Positions 61,290 through 64,000 of a DNA stretch of 64,000 nucleotides are shown one piece after another. The notes below the pieces were generated by a model. That model made no database searches and was not told the DNA's origin. It saw only the letters and a program-made list of their open reading frames with translations. Position 1 is the first letter of the stretch, and each line of letters begins with the position of its first letter. Position numbers and translations under genes: made by a program. The stretch spans positions 352,001-416,000 of the forward strand of contig CAWBZI010000007.1 in NCBI GenBank assembly GCA_963793265.1. Reading direction: 5' to 3'. The stretch is from an uncultured cyanobacterium. Its GTDB lineage: Bacteria > Cyanobacteriota > Cyanobacteriia > Phormidesmidales > Phormidesmidaceae.

Positions 61290-62381
61290 ATGGTTTCTAC
61301 AACTAACACTCTTCAGCGGAGCCAAAGCGCTTCTCTGTGGGAGCAGTTTTGTCAGTGGGTCACAAGCACCGAAAACCGCCTCTATGTTGGCTGGTTCGGC
61401 GTCTTGATGATTCCTACACTACTCGCTGCTACCGCATGTTTCGTAATCGCGTTCATCGCTGCTCCTCCTGTGGACATCGATGGCATCCGTGAGCCTGTTG
61501 CAGGTTCATTGATGTACGGCAACAACATCATCTCTGGTGCGGTTGTACCTTCATCTAACGCCATTGGCCTCCACTTCTACCCCATCTGGGAAGCAGCTTC
61601 TCTTGATGAGTGGCTTTACAACGGCGGCCCTTACCAGCTGGTCATCTTCCACTTCCTCATCGGCGTCTTCTGCTACATGGGTCGTGAGTGGGAGCTATCC
61701 TACCGCCTCGGTATGCGTCCTTGGATCTGTGTTGCTTACTCTGCGCCAGTCGCAGCGGCAACGGCAGTGTTCTTGATCTACCCCTTGGGTCAAGGTTCGT
61801 TCTCTGACGGGATGCCTTTGGGTATCTCGGGTACATTCAACTTCATGTTGGTGTTCCAAGCAGAGCACAACATCTTGATGCACCCCTTCCACATGTTGGG
61901 AGTAGCTGGTGTATTCGGTGGTTCATTGTTCTCAGCAATGCACGGCTCACTCGTAACTTCTTCCTTGGTACGTGAGACGACAGAAACTGAGTCACAGAAC
62001 TACGGCTACAAGTTTGGTCAAGAAGAAGAGACATACAACATCGTTGCAGCGCACGGCTACTTCGGTCGTCTAATCTTCCAGTACGCCTCGTTCAACAACA
62101 GCCGTAGCCTCCACTTCTTGTTGGGTGCATGGCCAGTAGTTGGCATCTGGTTTACCGCTTTGGGTATCTCCACGATGGCGTTCAACCTGAACGGGTTCAA
62201 CTTCAACCAGTCGATCATCGACTCACAGGGTCGCGTGATTGGTAGCTGGGCAGATGTATTGAACCGTGCCAACTTGGGTATGGAAGTAATGCACGAGCGA
62301 AATGCTCACAACTTCCCGCTTGACTTGGCTGCTGGCGAAGCTGCCCCTGTAGCTTTGACTGCTCCTTCAATCGCCGCATAG
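61290..62381 (+). CDS. psbA: Photosystem II D1 protein, standard form with Gln130
   Basis: [48 protein letters not shown] 61290. Confidence 0.99.
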   Translation: MVSTTNTLQRSQSASLWEQFCQWVTSTENRLYVGWFGVLMIPTLLAATACFVIAFIAAPPVDIDGIREPVAGSLMYGNNIISGAVVPSSNAIGLHFYPIWEAASLDEWLYNGGPYQLVIFHFLIGVFCYMGREWELSYRLGMRPWICVAYSAPVAAATAVFLIYPLGQGSFSDGMPLGISGTFNFMLVFQAEHNILMHPFHMLGVAGVFGGSLFSAMHGSLVTSSLVRETTETESQNYGYKFGQEEETYNIVAAHGYFGRLIFQYASFNNSRSLHFLLGAWPVVGIWFTALGISTMAFNLNGFNFNQSIIDSQGRVIGSWADVLNRANLGMEVMHERNAHNFPLDLAAGEAAPVALTAPSIAA

Positions 62382-62420
62382 TCTGAACGATTACGCTTTG
62401 GTTGAGACAACTGAATAGAA

Positions 62421-62459
62421 AGAAAAGCCCTCCGTACAGCAATGTGCGGAGGGCTTTCT
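62421..62459 (+). terminator. Intrinsic terminator of psbA
   Basis: AAAGCCCTCCGTACA-gcaa-TGTGCGGAGGGCTTT. Confidence 0.8.
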
Positions 62460-63217
62460 ATTGCGAGAAACAACACAATAATGATCAGGGGAGTCATTAC
62501 TGTGTTGCCTGGCGTTCCAACCAAAACGCTGCGAATTCTCCGATAGAGAAGCAAAGTCAACTTCACCCACTTCATCAATACTGGCCTACGGTTGCCGCCA
62601 GTCTCTGGTAGGTGCTGTGAAAAGGCACATTCTCACAGCGCTCAGCGGTTTCAGGCTGAGGTGTGTAATTCCGTTCCGCCTGCATAGTTTCATTCTGATT
62701 GAAGTCCTACTTGCTTGAGTATGCGGTTGCCCTGCGCTACCGACAGCGGCAAGACACGGCGAGAGAGGCGGCGCTGCTAACCGCTGCCTCTCTCGCCATC
62801 CGAGTATGGGTACTTTTGCACATTCTCTACCCAGAATCAGGGCAACTATCGTTGCTACCTCAGCCATTTCGCTACGGCGATATTCGCGATCGCCTATTCG
62901 CAAACACCTATGCCTATAGCGTTGCACCAGCAGATGCAGGAAGAAGCTCAAGAGAAATGTAGCCACTACCAGATCGATTGGCTAAATGCGGCCAAAGTTT
63001 TCTACGCCCGACGGGCCTTTCTCAGGATGCTCAGACAGCGTTTTTATCATTGGCCCCATGGCTTGCGCGATCGCCGTTGCCCCCTCATAGCACTCAATCA
63101 CCCGCAAAGCCTCATCTACAGCCCGATGCATAAGTCAGGAGCTGGTCGTATGGCAAGATGGATTAGGCATGAAGCGAACGACAACTACTACGAAAAAGCT
63201 TACGCTGTGTCACCCCT

Positions 63218-63874
63218 TCAGCTAGCAGGTAACTCAATCCAAAAGCGACTTCCTTCGCCTAACTTAGAGTCAACGCCACACTGCCCCCCCAATCGACTAA
63301 CCCCGCGCTGCATGATGGCTAGTCCAAATCCTGAACCTTAATAGGATTCACAGCCATGCAGCCGCTCGAATGGCTTAAAGATTCGATCTTGATCTTCTAC
63401 TTTGATGCCGATGCCGTTATCTTGAAAAAACCAGCGAACGGTTGATCCCTCTGCCGACTGAAGCTTTAGCTGGCCTGTCTCAGCGCCAATGTATATTTGA
63501 GGTGAGACGCCTGGTTCCACGTACTTGAGCGCGTTGTTCAAGATATTGTTGGCAGCTCTGTCTAAAATAAGATAATGTCCAACAACTTTGGGTAGGTTTG
63601 GTTGGACTTCAATAGTTGCTTGACTACTTTCAATAGTTGCGTGTAGCGCTTGTAGAGCATCATCTACAACTGCTTGTAGCGAGACAGAACCCACCGTAAA
63701 TTCAGCACGAGTCATACGACTGTAGTCCAATAGCGTTTTAAGTAACACGTCCATTTCTATAGCAGTCGATCTGATGCGCTGCAAGTACTCCTTACCCAGG
63801 GTATCCAAGCGATCGCCATAGTCTTCTAGTAAACCAAGTACAAACGCATACGGTGAGCCAAGGCCCGTTGGCAA
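63218..63874 (-). pseudogene. Histidine kinase remnant (H-box missing, in-frame stop before the G2 box)
   Basis: LLEDYGDRLD...NILNNALKY...DNGIG...ERLHGCESY* then, in the same frame, GSGFGLAIMQRGVSRLGGQCGVDSKLGEGSRFWIELPAS* to 63218. Confidence 0.8.
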
Positions 63875-64000
63875 CTGTCATCCAGCACGACAACTGACTG
63901 TCATGTTACCGCTATGACTTTGACATCTAACATACCGCAAGCTGCTTGAGGAAAAGAACATTGATGTCATGGTGTACCTATACTGTTAAAGCTACAAGGG

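Noticed and set aside
61290..62381. psbA as a rogue, far-red or chlorophyll f synthase D1 variant
   Set aside because: Mn-cluster ligands (D170, E189, H332, E333, D342, A344) and YZ are canonical, Gln130 is present, and no far-red gene cluster is adjacent

Overview
A 64-kb piece of a cyanobacterial chromosome, shown by psbA, the ndhF3-ndhD3-cupA-cupS CO2-uptake operon, petJ and abundant HIP1 GCGATCGC octamers. Most of it is housekeeping and accessory genes: an AKR/AraC/SDR redox module, a multi-GAF HisKA_3 kinase with a NarL regulator and DsbA-like gene, an RND efflux pair, the TIGR02587/02588 pair, deaD, glgX, a CDP-sugar operon with three tandem C-methyltransferases, puuE, ppa and a desaturase. 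The most unusual items are: (1) an apparently HIP1-free island at about 28.3-34.7 kb with an IS remnant, a small lipoprotein and a 1524-aa RTX/vWA protein whose N-terminal domain looks like a permuted papain-like enzyme with Ser in place of Cys (possible toxin/partner pair); (2) an orphan double-glycine-leader peptide with a Lys/His-rich core next to an EamA exporter; (3) an HtrA-like protein lacking its catalytic His and Ser, translationally coupled to a receiver-degenerate LuxR regulator; (4) a recurring G/T-rich to C/A-rich compositional flip centred on HIP1 sites. Three frameshifts explained by extra bases may be sequencing errors. No rRNA, tRNA or CRISPR array was seen. All family calls come from motif recognition by eye; no database search was run.
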